Shown in pieces: positions 49,720 through 61,694 of a stretch of DNA of 64,000 bases. The notes beneath the pieces were generated by a model. It worked only from the letters and a program-made list of their open reading frames with translations, did not search any database and had not been told where the DNA came from. How positions within the stretch are numbered: position 1 is the first letter of the stretch; every line of letters begins with the position of its first letter. Both the position numbers and the translations under genes were made by a program. Origin of the DNA: Octopus sinensis (lineage: Eukaryota); NCBI RefSeq assembly GCF_006345805.1, contig NC_043019.1, positions 28,643,360 to 28,707,359 of the forward strand. Direction: 5' to 3'.

Positions 49720-50345
49720 AGGTGGCAAGCTGGTAGAACCGTTAGCACGCCAGGCAAAATGCTTAGCGGTATTTCATCTGGCACTATGTTCTGAGTTCAA
49801 ATTCTGCCGAGGTCGACTTTGCCTTTCATCCTTTCGGAGTCGATTAAATAAGTACCAGTTACACACTGGGGTTGATGTAATCAACTTAATCCTTTTGTCT
49901 GTCCTTGTTTGTCCTCTCTATGTTTAGTCCCTTGTGGGTAGTAAAGAAATAGGTATTTCGTCTGGCACTATGTTCTGAGTTCAAATTCCGCCGAGGTTGA
50001 CTTTGCCTTTCATCCTTTTGGAATTGATTAAATAAATACCAGTTACGCAGTAGGGTCGATGTAATCAGCTTAATCCCTTTGTCTTTCCTTGTTTGTCCCC
50101 TCTATGTTTAGCACCCTGTGGGCAATAAAGAAATAAATATTCTGTGTGAATATATATCAATATATATTGATAGATATATAGGCGTAGGAGTCGCTCTGTG
50201 GTAAGTAGCTTGCTTACCAACCACATGGTTCCGTGTTCAGTCCCACTGCGTGGCTCCTTGGGCAAGTGTCTTCTACTATAGCCTCAGGCCGACCAAAGCC
50301 TTGTGAGTGGATTTGGTAGTCGGAAACTGAAAGAAGCCCGTCATA
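49720..50345 (+). mobile_element. SINE C dimer (49720-50135) and SINE A (50180-50345)
   Basis: Near-consensus copies. Confidence 0.88.
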
Positions 50346-50536
50346 TATATGTATATGTGTGTATATCATCATCATCACCATCATCATCGTTTAGCGTCCG
50401 TTTTCCATGCTAGCATGGGTTGGACGGGTCAACTGGGGTCTGTGAAGCTGGAAGGCTTCGTCAGGCCCAGTCAGATCTGGCAGTGTTTCTACGGCTGGAT
50501 GCCCTTCCTAACGCCAACCACTCCGTGAGTGTAGTG

Positions 50537-51452
50537 GGTGTTTTTTACGTGCCACCTGCACAGGTGCCAGACAGAGCTGGCGAACGGCCACGAACGGATG
50601 GTGCTTTTACGTGTCACCGGCACGGGGCCAGACGATGCTGGCAACGGACACGAACGGATGGTGCTTTTATGTGCCACCGACACGGGGCCAGACAGAGCTG
50701 GCAACCGGCCACGAACGGACGGTGCTTTTACGTGTCACCGGCACGGGGCCAGCCGAGGCTGGCAACGGACACGAACGGATGGTGCTTTTACGTGCCACCA
50801 ACACGGTTGCCAGACAGAGCTGGCAAACGGCCACGAGCGGATGGTGCTTTTACGTGTCACCGGCATGGGGGCCAGCCGAGGCTGGCAACGGACACGGACG
50901 GATGGTGCTTTTACGTGCCACCGACACGGGGCCAGACAGAGCTGGCAAACGGCCACGAACGGATGGTGCTTTTACATGTCACCGGCACGGGGGCCAGCCG
51001 AGGCTGGCAACGGACGCGAACAGATGGTGCTTTTACGTGCCACCGACACGGTTGCCAGACAGAGCTGGCAAACGGCCACGAGCGGACGGTGCTTTTACGT
51101 GTCACCGGCACAGGGGCCAGCCGAGGCTGGCAACGGACACGGACGGATGGTGCTTTTACGTGCCACCGACACGGGGCCAGACAGAGCTGGCAAATGGCCA
51201 CGAACGGATGGTGCTTTTACGTGCCACCGACACGGGGCCAGACAGAGCTGGCCAACGGCCACGAACGGACGGTGCTTTTACGTGTCACCGGCATGGGGCC
51301 AGGCGAGGCTGGCAACGAACACGAACGGATGGTGCTTTTACGTGCCACCGACACGGGGCCAGGCAGAGCTGGCAAACGGCCATGAGCGAATGGTGCTTTT
51401 ACGTATCACTGGCACGGGTGCCAGACGAGGCTGACAGCGGACACGAACAGAT
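50537..51452. repeat. 15-unit ~61 bp tandem array in the RTE 3' UTR
   Basis: ggtgcttttacgtg(c/t)cacc recurs at 50537, 50600, 50660, 50721, 50781, 50843, 50904, 50965, 51026, 51088, 51149, 51210, 51271, 51331 and 51392. Confidence 0.95.
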
Positions 51453-51501
51453 GGGTCACTTAACCCCTGCTTTCTGATATATGATTTGATTTTGATTGTT
51501 C

Positions 51502-52179
51502 TCACTGGTCTTGCCGGGTCTTCTCACACACAGCATACTTCCATAGGTCTCGGTCTCTGGTCATTTTGTTGGTGAGACCTAGAGTTCGAAGGTCGTGCTT
51601 CACCACCTCGACCCAGGTTTTCTTGGGTCTACCTCTTCCACAGGTCCCCTCAACTGCCAGGGTGTGGCACTTTTTCACACACCTATCTTCATCCATTCTC
51701 ACCACATGACCATACCAGCGCAATCGTCTCTCTTGCACACAACATCTGATTCCTCTTAGGTCCAACTTTTCTCTCAAGGTACTTACACTCTGTCGACTAT
51801 GAACACTGACATTACACATCCAACGGAGCATACTAGCTTCATTTCTCGCGAGCTTACGCATGTCCTCAGCAGTCACGGCCCATGTTTCACTGCCATGTAG
51901 CATGGCTGTTCGTACACATGCATCATACAGTCTGCCTTTTACTCTGAGCGAGAGGCCTTTAGTCACCAACAGAGGTAAGAGCTCCCTAAACTTTGCCCAG
52001 GCTATTCTTACTCTAGCCGTTACACTTTCAGCACACCCACCCCCACTACTGACTTGGTCACCAAGATAACGGAAGCTATCAACCACTTCTAGTTTTTCCC
52101 CCTGGAAAGTGACGGAAGTTGTTTTCTGCAGATTTTCAGAGGTTAATGCTCCCGAGCATCTGCCACATACAAAAACCAT
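51502..52179 (-). CDS. RTE reverse transcriptase C-terminal region (5'-truncated, uninterrupted)
   Basis: EVVDSFRYLGD..ARVRIAWAKFREL..KGRLYDACVRTAMLHGSETW..RLRWYGHVVR..GRGRPKKTW. Confidence 0.9.
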   Translation of the reverse strand: MVFVCGRCSGALTSENLQKTTSVTFQGEKLEVVDSFRYLGDQVSSGGGCAESVTARVRIAWAKFRELLPLLVTKGLSLRVKGRLYDACVRTAMLHGSETWAVTAEDMRKLARNEASMLRWMCNVSVHSRQSVSTLREKLDLRGIRCCVQERRLRWYGHVVRMDEDRCVKKCHTLAVEGTCGRGRPKKTWVEVVKHDLRTLGLTNKMTRDRDLWKYAVCEKTRQDQ

Positions 52180-52184
52180 CTTCC

Positions 52185-52233
<49 letters not shown>

Positions 52234-52234
52234 G

Positions 52235-52520
52235 TGTGTGTGTGTATGTGTATTTGTCCCTCCAACATCACTTCACAACCGATGCTGGTGTGTTTACGTC
52301 TCTGTAACTTAGTGGTTCTGCAAAAGAGACTGATAGAATAAGCACTAGGCTTACAAAGAATAAGTCCTGGGGTCGATTTGCCCGACTAAAAGGTGGTGCT
52401 CCAGAATGGCCACAGTCAAATTACTGAAGCAAGTAAAAGAGTAAAGAGTATATGCATGTGGTTCTCAGGGAAATTCAACGCAACACAGAATGTGACATAC
52501 TGCCCTTTGAAATACAGCAA
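52235..52520 (+). mobile_element. SINE B plus D2 fragment
   Basis: B 52235-52450; reverse D2 remnant 52455-52520. Confidence 0.75.
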
Positions 52521-52533
52521 TCTATCTATAGAT

Positions 52534-52576
<43 letters not shown>

Positions 52577-53086
52577 GGAGAGAGAGAGAGAGAGACTGAC
52601 AGACAGACAAACAGACAGAGAGAAAGAGAGTTGAATTGTTGGTGAAATCATGATATTCTGGTGATCTTTATTTGCATTGATTTGTGAATATACAATTGTA
52701 TTGTATAAGGCATGGCATGCATACTCATTCAAACTTGTAAACAATTTTATTCTACACTGAATTTATTACTACATGAAGAAGGCTGTGAAATGTTCATAAA
52801 CCTAAAGATGTCAAGTGGTTAAATAAATATATTCGTCTTTCATATCTCCTGACTTTATTGAATAACCTTGCAGACTCTTTATTAGAGGTGCCAAGCTAAT
52901 TTTACAAATAGTGAGGTAAAATTTGTTTCAAAAGAAAATAGAGCAAAATAACATTTCTATTATGAGAAGTCCAGAATAAGAGATTAAAATGGAATTTTTA
53001 AAGAATATGTATTAGAATTAAACTGAATAATATCAATATTTAATGATATAATTGTTAGAGAAAAAGGCAGTAGGAAATTGTGTCAC

Positions 53087-53225
53087 TTGTGTGTTTCCAT
53101 AGAATAATATGGTAGCAAATAAAGCCAATTCTACTGGGAACAAGACAGTCTACCCACTGAGAATCAGCGTTTGTTTTCTCTGATCCTCCATACAGAAAAA
53201 TGGAAATAAGGCTTGTTAATAAAGA
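53087..53225 (-). CDS. Candidate exon, two hydrophobic stretches
   Basis: cttttctatttcag|TCT..ACA A|gtgaca; 46 open codons SLLTSLISIFLYGGSEKTNADSQWVDCLVPSRIGFICYHIILWKHT, phase 0-1; other frames closed. Confidence 0.5.
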
Positions 53226-53837
53226 CTGAAATAGAAAAGTACTGCATAGGGGACACTAGGCAATGCTGCTTTTTATGTATATCTCCAGAGGCATTAAAAT
53301 ACCAGAACAATTCCATAGAGATTTGAACCTGAGCTTTAAAATCCTTTTTATGTAACATGCACCTTCCCTGCTCGAAACTGGAGTAATGCTTTCAGTGGAA
53401 TCCCATTATCAATGTTAAATAGTTTTAATAGCAAGTAATGGAACATTTATCAAAGCTCGACCGAGTGTGGTATTTAGGTTTGTAAGAATGTTCACAAAAA
53501 TGTTGGTATTTTTTGTAAAAGACAAGCTAAAGTTAGTTTGAAGTATTATTTTTTTTATTGTGACTATTTATTCGTAAGGTACTAATAACATAGTTTATTA
53601 GCCTTTACTTGCAAATAACAGTAAAAACTAAAAAAATGTTGGTATTTTGTAATAGCAAAATTGCAATGGAATACTAAGGAGGGAGCCTCTATACCATTGC
53701 ATGACCTGACAGAAATATATCTCGTGTCACACTCTGATATCATAAAAGTTGTGTCAGTGTTAGAGAGGAATATAATAATTGAGGTTAGTGAATTAGTGGA
53801 ATCAGCAGAGCATTGATAAAAATGTCATATTGTGTTA

Positions 53838-54048
53838 CTCTTTTACTTGTCTCAGACATTTGACTGCGGCCATGCTGGAGCACCGCCATTAGTTGAGCAA
53901 ATCGACCCCAGGACTTATTCTTTGTAAGCCTAGTACTTATTCTATCTGTCTCTTTTGCCAAACTGCTAAGTTACGGGGGAACATAAACACACCATCATCA
54001 GTTGTCAAGCGATGTTGGGGGGGGGGGTCAAACACAGACACACGAACT

Positions 54049-54110
<62 letters not shown>

Positions 54111-54282
54111 CATATATACGATGGGCTTCTTTCAGTTTCCGTCTACCAAATCCACTCACAAGGCTTGGGTCGGCCCGAGGCTATAGTAGAAGACACTTGC
54201 CCAAGGTGCCATGCAGTGGGACTGAACCTAGAACCATGTAGTTTGTAAGCAAGCTACTAACCACAACCACTCCTGCGCTTAG
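53838..54282 (-). mobile_element. SINE A/B
   Basis: Full reverse copy with (CA)n spacer. Confidence 0.9.
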
Positions 54283-55241
54283 AGCAGGTTGTGCTATTAA
54301 AATAATTTAAAGTTATTTTTTGCTGGCATGCCATTCAGAAAGTCCCATGAGCTGCAGTTTTCTCATGATTGGTACAGTGGTTCCAGTGTTGTCCTATAAT
54401 TAATGTTTTATTGTTGTTGTTGTTGTTATTTAGTCCTAGGCCATTTCTGATTGAACAGATCTATGATCAAAGCCATTCCAGTTATAACTGTCTTTTCATT
54501 TCCTTGAAACGACACATACACATAATGTCTCCTGGCCTAATTATCTAAAGTGTCCTTGTATTTCCTACATGACAAGAATATAATATGAAGCAGACTTAGC
54601 TGCCATTTCTAGTAGGCCAAATACCCACATAGGAGACTCTTTTTTCTGTTTGATCCAAAGCTTTGTTGTTGCTATTGGTGTTGGTGTGATTTAGGCTCAT
54701 TGAGCTTTGACAGAGATCTACAACTAAAGGTGTTCCAGCCATGACCATCTCATCAGTTTATACATCAAGTAATAGTGTCCTATGCAGCCATTTTTTTTAT
54801 ACAACAGGTTATGATTTGAAAGAGACTTCGCTGCTATTTCTAGCAAAGAGTACAACAAAATAGTGATTCCTTACAATGGAAATTTTATACAACAGATAGA
54901 TGTGGTTTACGGACTACATTTGTAGGTCAAATTGATTATTGATTATTGATTAGAACTTCAAAGTTTTATAAGTCATCAAGGACGGGGACACCTGGATATG
55001 AAATTAGACCAACAAAACATATAAACATGGGAACAGGGGGTGCAAGCGCATCTCCCCTTCTCAAATTTTGTGGGGGGCAATGAAAATGCTTTGAACCTTC
55101 TGGGTTGGACTTGGGTTTGCATCAGCTAAAAGCAAATTTCATTTCCATGCTTATAACCGAACAAGAGAAGGAGCAAATGAGGGCAACCCCTGGAAAATAA
55201 CAGTCAAGTTTTCTTTTTCATTATACACAGCTATCTTAAAA

Positions 55242-55273
<32 letters not shown>

Positions 55274-55281
55274 ACAGCAGT

Positions 55282-55777
55282 GGAGGCACAATGGCCCAGT
55301 CGTTAGGGCAGCAGACTCGTGGTCGTACGAACGCGGTTTCGATTCCCAGATCTGGCATTGTGAGTGTTTATTGAGCAAAAACACCTAAGCTCCATGAGAC
55401 TCCAGCAGGGAGGGGCGGTGAACCCCACTGTACTCTTTCACCACAACTTTCTCTCACTCTTTCTTCCTACTTCTGCCACGAAGCAGAGGAACCATGGTGT
55501 AACCCACTATGGAGTGGTAAACTTTCAGACCCTAGTCTAGATTGCAAATCCTCTGTACCCCAGGATGGTTCATCTCTCCACCCATTAAAAGCCACCGTTT
55601 ACAGAATGAGGATAACAACGTAGCTTTCACGCCCGTGCAACCACCAGTCTATCGTGTGTGGTGGGTGGATCTTCAAGTTGCCACATGCATTCTTAGTAGC
55701 TTAGAGTAGGCTCGAATTAGAGATTATTCTTTGTGGCTAATAGCGTGAGTCCTGATTGGAAGAAGAAGGAGGAGGAG
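55282..55777 (+). mobile_element. SINE D head with third tail variant D3 ending in (GAA)n
   Basis: D head to ~55475, then gccacgaagcagaggaacc..tcctgattggaagaagaagg. Confidence 0.7.
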
Positions 55778-56112
55778 AGCAGCAGTATACATTAAGGCAC
55801 TCATTGTTATATTTTGAAGGTTGTACACCATAATTTAAAAGAAAAGTCAGTCCTATCTTTGAAGCTTTTTACTGTGTGTGTGTTTTTCCTGAAGATAAGG
55901 ATCTTGACATGGAAACTTTTCTGACAGGTTTATGGTCGAGCCTGTGGCAGTGGAGACCTGTGGCCATATTCTGTCACCCCACTTCCCAACATTCGGACCA
56001 CATCTCTACTCACCACTATCAGGGCAGGAATAACTGAATAGCTGTCTGCAAAAGTGAGGCCCTGTGAGTCACAGTGGCTGTTCCAGTTCATCTCCCTCAC
56101 CATCCTTTAGAG

Positions 56113-56409
56113 CAGTGGTTCCCAAAGAGAGTGGTATTGCCCTACTTGTGGCAGTGGAAAGTTCCAAGGGGGCATTGAGGAAAAGTGGAGCAATAATGGG
56201 GTAGTGGTTGATGTAAAAAGTGGGGCAATAATAGTGTAAAAACAACAAAATAATGGGTTCATTAGTTTAAGTTTTATTTGTGAAATACAGTTTCTTTGAA
56301 TTTGCTTCAGAAAGAGGTCTATGTTTGTGATGATTAGTTGGGATAGGGCACTAGGAATGTGGCCTGAGTGTCAAGGGGACAGCAGCATGAAAAAGTTTGG
56401 GAACCACTG
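56113..56409. mobile_element. hAT (Charlie-like) MITE
   Basis: TIRs cagtggttcccaaa / tttgggaaccactg; 8-bp TSD ctttagag/ctttaggg. Confidence 0.88.
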
Positions 56410-56994
56410 CTTTAGGGCAATGCCTTTTCTGTTTTATCCACTGGAACCATGAAGTGAACTGACAGGTTGACAAATAGGAAAGACATGATAATTTAGGTGG
56501 GGCCCTTTGTCAAAAAGATAAGAAATAGCTAAGCAGTTACTATGCCAATGTTCTTATCTTTAAAATTTTTGTTGTGGAAAATATTTTGTGGTGTTATTAT
56601 TTATTTTATTTTATTTTTGTATCATTTAGTCAGAAGGGAAAAACAGTGCCCATGACCTTTCAAGGTCACTAAAAATGGTGAACGGGAGAAAAGAAAGAAG
56701 GTTCCTTCAAACTGGAGACCTGTCCAAAATGCTTACAATAGAGTGAATTCCACGAATGTTACCTAAGGACCAGGTGCTATTTGCTGGACTGGACAACTGT
56801 ATGTTTACAGAATATAAAGCAATCAATGAACATAAATCATTCCAAGTACTTGACTGGTTCTTTTACTTATCAACTCCAGAAAGATAAAAATCAAAGTTGT
56901 CTATAACCAGATTTGAACTCAAAATGTAAGAGCCTAGAATAAATAATGCAAAGCACTCCACTGACTCAAGCTAATTCTCCATATTATGTTTCCT

Positions 56995-57215
56995 TTTAAT
57001 GTCTGCTTGAGTGGGTCAGACAGGGTTTATTGAGGCAGATTTTGAGATTTCCTAAGACCACATGTCCTTCCTTGTCACCAACCCTTACATGTTTCCTAGC
57101 AAGGTAATATTTCCTCATAGCTAGACATGTTTTTCACAGAAGATTAGAAATGAATGACACTGCTTGTATGACAGTGACACTTGTTTACAACTAGCGTGCT
57201 ATATCAAGACAAAAA
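56995..57215 (-). mobile_element. Family H LINE/SINE 3' tail (also 59890-60100, 40075-40175)
   Basis: ccttcctgt..ccaaccct..tttcc..aaggtaatatttcc..cagacatgttttc shared among copies. Confidence 0.65.
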
Positions 57216-57263
57216 CACAAATATACAAACACATACAAATGCATGTATATGTATATTTATATA

Positions 57264-57620
57264 CTCTTTTACTTGTTTCAGTCATCCGACTGCGGCCATG
57301 CTGGAGCACCGCCTTTAGTCGAGCAAATCGACCCCAGGACTTATTCTTTGTAAGCCTAGTACTTATTCTATCGGTCTCTTTTGCCGAACTGCTAAGTTAC
57401 GGGGACGTAAACACACCAGCATCGGTTGTCAAGCGATGTTGGGGGGACAAACATATACACACACATACATACATATATATATATATATACAACAGGCTTC
57501 TTTCAGTTTCTGTCTACCATTTCCACTCACAAGGCTTTGGTCGGCCCAAGGCTATAGTAGAAGATACTTGCCCAAGGTGCCATGCAGTGGGACTGAACCC
57601 GGAACCATGTGGTTGGTAAG
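57264..57620 (-). mobile_element. SINE A/B (5'-truncated)
   Basis: Reverse copy. Confidence 0.9.
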
Positions 57621-57681
57621 CAATCATCAATGGATCATATATCTAAAAAAGAATCACCCACTAAAAGCTAGAACAGTAATG

Positions 57682-57997
57682 TATTTACATGCAGTCAAAT
57701 ATATGTCTGGTCACAGAGTGACCAATGGTTTCGCATCCACAAAGCACTTAGCTTTATAATCGACTTGTCAGACTCTAATGGCCAAGGGCATATAACCTTT
57801 ATTCAAACTGGAGGTAGAAAATCGTTACGGTCAGAAAATTAACTAACCATAACGGTTTTCCACCACCAGTTTATATAAGAGAGGTTATATGCCCTTGGCC
57901 ATTAGAGTCTGACAAGTCGTTTATAAAGCTAAGAGCTTATGGATACAAAGCTATTGGTCACTCTATGACCAGACATATGATTAACTTCATGTAAATA
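57682..57997. mobile_element. TA-flanked fold-back MITE
   Basis: tatttacatg..atatgtctggtcacagagtgaccaat..gacttgtcagactctaatggccaagggcatataacc pairs with its reverse complement. Confidence 0.82.
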
Positions 57998-58052
57998 TAT
58001 GTGTGTGTATATATATATATATACATATATATATAATATATATATATATATA

Positions 58053-58452
58053 TCATCATCATCATCATCATCGTTTAATGTCCGTTCTCCATGCTTGCAT
58101 GGGTTGGACGGTTCGACCGGGGATCTGGGAAGCCAGAAGGCTGCACCAGGCTCCGGTCTTATCTGGCAACGTTTCTACAGCTGGATGCCCTTCCTAATGC
58201 CAACCACTCCGTGAGTGTAGTGGGTGCTTTTTACGTGCCACCTGCACTGGTGCCAGGCGAGGCTGGCATCGGCCACGGTCGGATTGGTGCATTTTATGGA
58301 AGCCAGTCGAGGCGGCACTGGCATCGGCCACAATTCGGATGGTGCATTTTATGAAAACCAGCCGAGGCGGCACTGGCTTCGGCTACGATTCGGATGGTGC
58401 TTTTTACGTGCCACCGACACGGAAGCCAGGCGAGGCGGCGCTGGCATCGCCC
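58053..58452 (-). mobile_element. RTE 3' UTR fragment (family E)
   Basis: (CAT)n tail and variant hairpin units. Confidence 0.88.
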
Positions 58453-58527
58453 ACATATATGTATATATATATATATAATATATATATATATATTATATAT
58501 ATATATATATATATACATACATACATA

Positions 58528-58573
<46 letters not shown>

Positions 58574-58634
58574 CATACATACATATATATGTATATATAT
58601 ATGTGTGTGCGTGTGTATATATATGTATATATTT

Positions 58635-58837
58635 CAATATGTGACTGTGTGTGTATTGTTGGCGATTTTCTTTCTCCATCTTCCCTTCCTTGGACCTCTA
58701 CTTTTTCTATGTTTCTGATGAAGAGCTCCACTCAAAACGTTTAATCCTCCTTCTTTCTTTCCTTTCTTGAGCGTCCAATAACACTATACTTGTTCCACGT
58801 CCTCATGTTGTTGTATTTTCTCTTTGTTCATGTTTGG

Positions 58838-58845
<8 letters not shown>
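58635..58845 (+). mobile_element. Penelope-type terminal repeat in (TA)n with a decayed hammerhead (58711-58745)
   Basis: gttt-CTGATGA-a-gag(ctcca)ctc-AAAA-c-GTT-taat; (TA)n on both sides. Confidence 0.55.
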
Positions 58846-58877
<32 letters not shown>

Positions 58878-59399
58878 ACACACACACCAAATCCAGTCAC
58901 AAGGCTTTGGTTGGCCGAAGATTATTGTACAAGACGCTCACCCTAGCTGCCACGAAGTGAGATTGAACCCATGAAAATCCTGTAGCGAGGAAACAGACTT
59001 CTCAACTATATAGCAACACCTGAGCTTATTTGTATAATCTACAGACGCCTCAGTATTTAATATTTACACATTAAGTAACTCATGACTTTGTTTTGTTTTG
59101 TTCTGGTATTGTCCGTACATAAATCATTATTTATTCATAATCAAACAAACATAATATTTGTTGTGATATAAAACAAGTGTAACTAAGATAATTTAAATTC
59201 ACCCCACCTTTTATGTTATGTGATGAGAGACGTCGTACAACAAAAGCTTTTTATTAATCCAACAATATGACTGCTGCTGAGGCAATCAAAAGCAATGGTT
59301 TACTCTAATTTGAAAGCAGTGCTTTTGTCTCTGAATAATAGTTTCAGAACTGAAGGCAAACTTGTACATATTTATATTGAAGCATGAGGTCTGTATTCA

Positions 59400-59485
59400 T
59401 CATCGTCATTCTCGCTGCCGCCACTGCCATTGCCGTCGTCATCGTTGTCATGATCATCATCATCATCATCACCATCATTATCACC

Positions 59486-59519
<34 letters not shown>

Positions 59520-59851
59520 ACACCATCATTATCACCACCACCATCACCATCATCATCATCATCATCACCATCATTATCACCACCACCACCACCACCATCA
59601 TCATCATCAACAACATTATTATCACCACTACCACCACCACCACCACCACCATTATCATCATCAACACCATCATTATCACCACTACCACCACCACCACCAT
59701 CATCATCAACACCATCATCATCAACACCATCATCATCATCATCATTATCACCACTACCACCACCACCACCATCATCATCAACACCATCATTATCACCACT
59801 ACCACCACCACCATCATCATCATCATCAACACCATCATTATTACCACTACC

Positions 59852-59885
<34 letters not shown>

Positions 59886-59886
59886 T
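59400..59886. repeat. Compound (CAT/CAC)n trinucleotide array
   Basis: About 490 bp with recurring catcaacaccatcattatcaccactaccacc blocks. Confidence 0.95.
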
Positions 59887-60619
59887 CGTGTCATTGTTAA
59901 TGTCTACTTTTCCATGCTTGCATGGATCAGACGGAATTTGTGGAGGTGAAATTTTTGTTCTATGGACGAACTTTCCCTTCCTGTTGTCAATCCTCATCTG
60001 TTTCCAAGTAACGTGATACTTCCCATGACCAGACATGTTTTCATGGAAGACTGGAAATGCAGGACATTGCTTGTATGTCACTTGCCTACAACTATCACAT
60101 AATGTTAAAATACACACACACACACACACACACATACACAGACATATACATACACATATGCTATGGGCTTCTTTCAGTTTCCATCTATCAAATCCATGCA
60201 CAAAGCTTTAGTTGGCTTGAGGCTATAGTAGATGATGTTTTCCCAAGCTGCCACACAGCAAGATTGAACTTAGACCCATGTGGTTAGGAAGCAAATTTCT
60301 GCCAAAAAGCCACGCCTGTTTTTGCTTTTAGAGCTTGGTTACAGTGTTGCCAATATTCAATCACAATTTATATTCATTAAGGCAGTTAATTGTTTGAATC
60401 ATTAGAACATCAGATTGAGTGCTTTGCAGTCTTAATCTGACTCTGTGTTCAAATCCCATCAATGTCACTTTCCTTTCTATTTGCTTTGAGTTGATATATA
60501 GGCATAGGAGTGGCTGTGTGGTAAGTAGACACTCAACGAACCATGCAGTGGGGTTCAACCTGAAACTATATGGCTGGAAAGCAAACTTCTTATCACACAG
60601 ACACACCAGTGCATCAACA

Positions 60620-61410
60620 TTCAAGCATTGCTTCTATCTTTCCAAATCCTGCTGCATTTCACATGGAATTTTTGGTCTGCCAAAATTGTCTTGGTGTATA
60701 AGTTGGCCTACCTTGTTTGGCTGTAAAGTTGATCTAAAAAATTCAACTTATATTCTAGAAAATACCATATTTTCTTGAATATAAGTTCAGCTTGTATTCT
60801 AGAATATAAGTTGAATACAAAACATAAGGGTGTGATTTGAAAGAGATTTTGCTGCTACTTCTAACAGATCTAGCAACCATATAGGAGGTTTCCCTCATTA
60901 TCTCATGCATACATAAACTATTTCCCCACATACCAGTCAGCTAGTATATAGTATAGATATGTAGGGTAACCATTCAAACATCATTCTTCCAAATCTTGTT
61001 GCATTTCACATTATTTTTGGTTTTCCAGATTTGTCTTGGTGTATAAGTTGACCTAGCTTGTTTGGCTGTAAAGTTGATCTTAAAAATTCAACTTATATTC
61101 TAGAAAATACCGTATGTACATATACAAGACAGAAAGGTATGATTCGAAAGAGACTTAGCTGCTACTTCTAACAGATCTAGCAGCCGTGTAGGAGGTTTCC
61201 CTCATTAGCTCATGCATGCATAAACTATTTTCCCCACATACCAGTCAGCTAGTATATAGTGTAAACATGTAAGGTAAACATTCAAACATCATCTTTCCTA
61301 ATCTCACATTATTTTTGGTCGTCCAAAGTCGTCTCGTTATAGAAGTCAACCTACCTTTTGTTTGGCTGTACAATTTTGTCTGAGAAATGCAGTTTGTATG
61401 CCAGAAAAAT
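60620..61410. repeat. Diverged tandem duplication (~2.5 units of ~300-350 bp)
   Basis: Repeated cattcaaacatc..ttgtcttggtgtataagttg..ctagaaaatacc..gaaagaga..ccccacataccagtcagctagtatatag. Confidence 0.85.
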
Positions 61411-61694
61411 AGAGTATTCATCAGCCAAAGATAAAGATCAAACAATCTACCCCTTATGCTAATTACTGAGATTTTTTACTACAGTGTTAGCTAAAGTTAC
61501 GAGAATCTAACTAATTATAGAAACAGTTGTTCCGATTTTTGTTTAATGTGTTTGCCCTAGTAAGTCGAGAGTTTATAATAGAGTGTTTACATTTCTATAC
61601 AACAATCTAAATGATTTTCAAGCAACAGAGAAACATATTTGTTGATGCAGAATATTTTATTGATTTTTCTGCAAGTATTGATGTGTTGGAGTAT

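Larger units (their letters stand above)
50365..52185 (-). mobile_element. 5'-truncated RTE-clade LINE with a 1.1 kb 3' UTR
   Basis: ORF 52179-51502, UTR array, (GAT)n tail; 5' end abuts (TA)n. Confidence 0.92.

Noticed and set aside
50537-51452. CRISPR array (palindromic ~20-nt repeat with ~40-nt spacers)
   Set aside because: Spacers are copies of two types, the array is inside a LINE 3' UTR, there are no cas genes, and the context is eukaryotic
50420-51477. Long ORFs of 288-321 aa in three frames
   Set aside because: Antisense to the LINE and produced by a stop-free tandem repeat
53164-53358. 64-aa minus-strand ORF from the track as a gene
   Set aside because: No recognisable domain; a different frame bounded by splice sites explains the region better
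3539-55475. Functional tRNA genes at SINE A, C, D and 45.1 kb heads
   Set aside because: A/B boxes are present, but there is no closing acceptor stem and they run directly into repeat bodies
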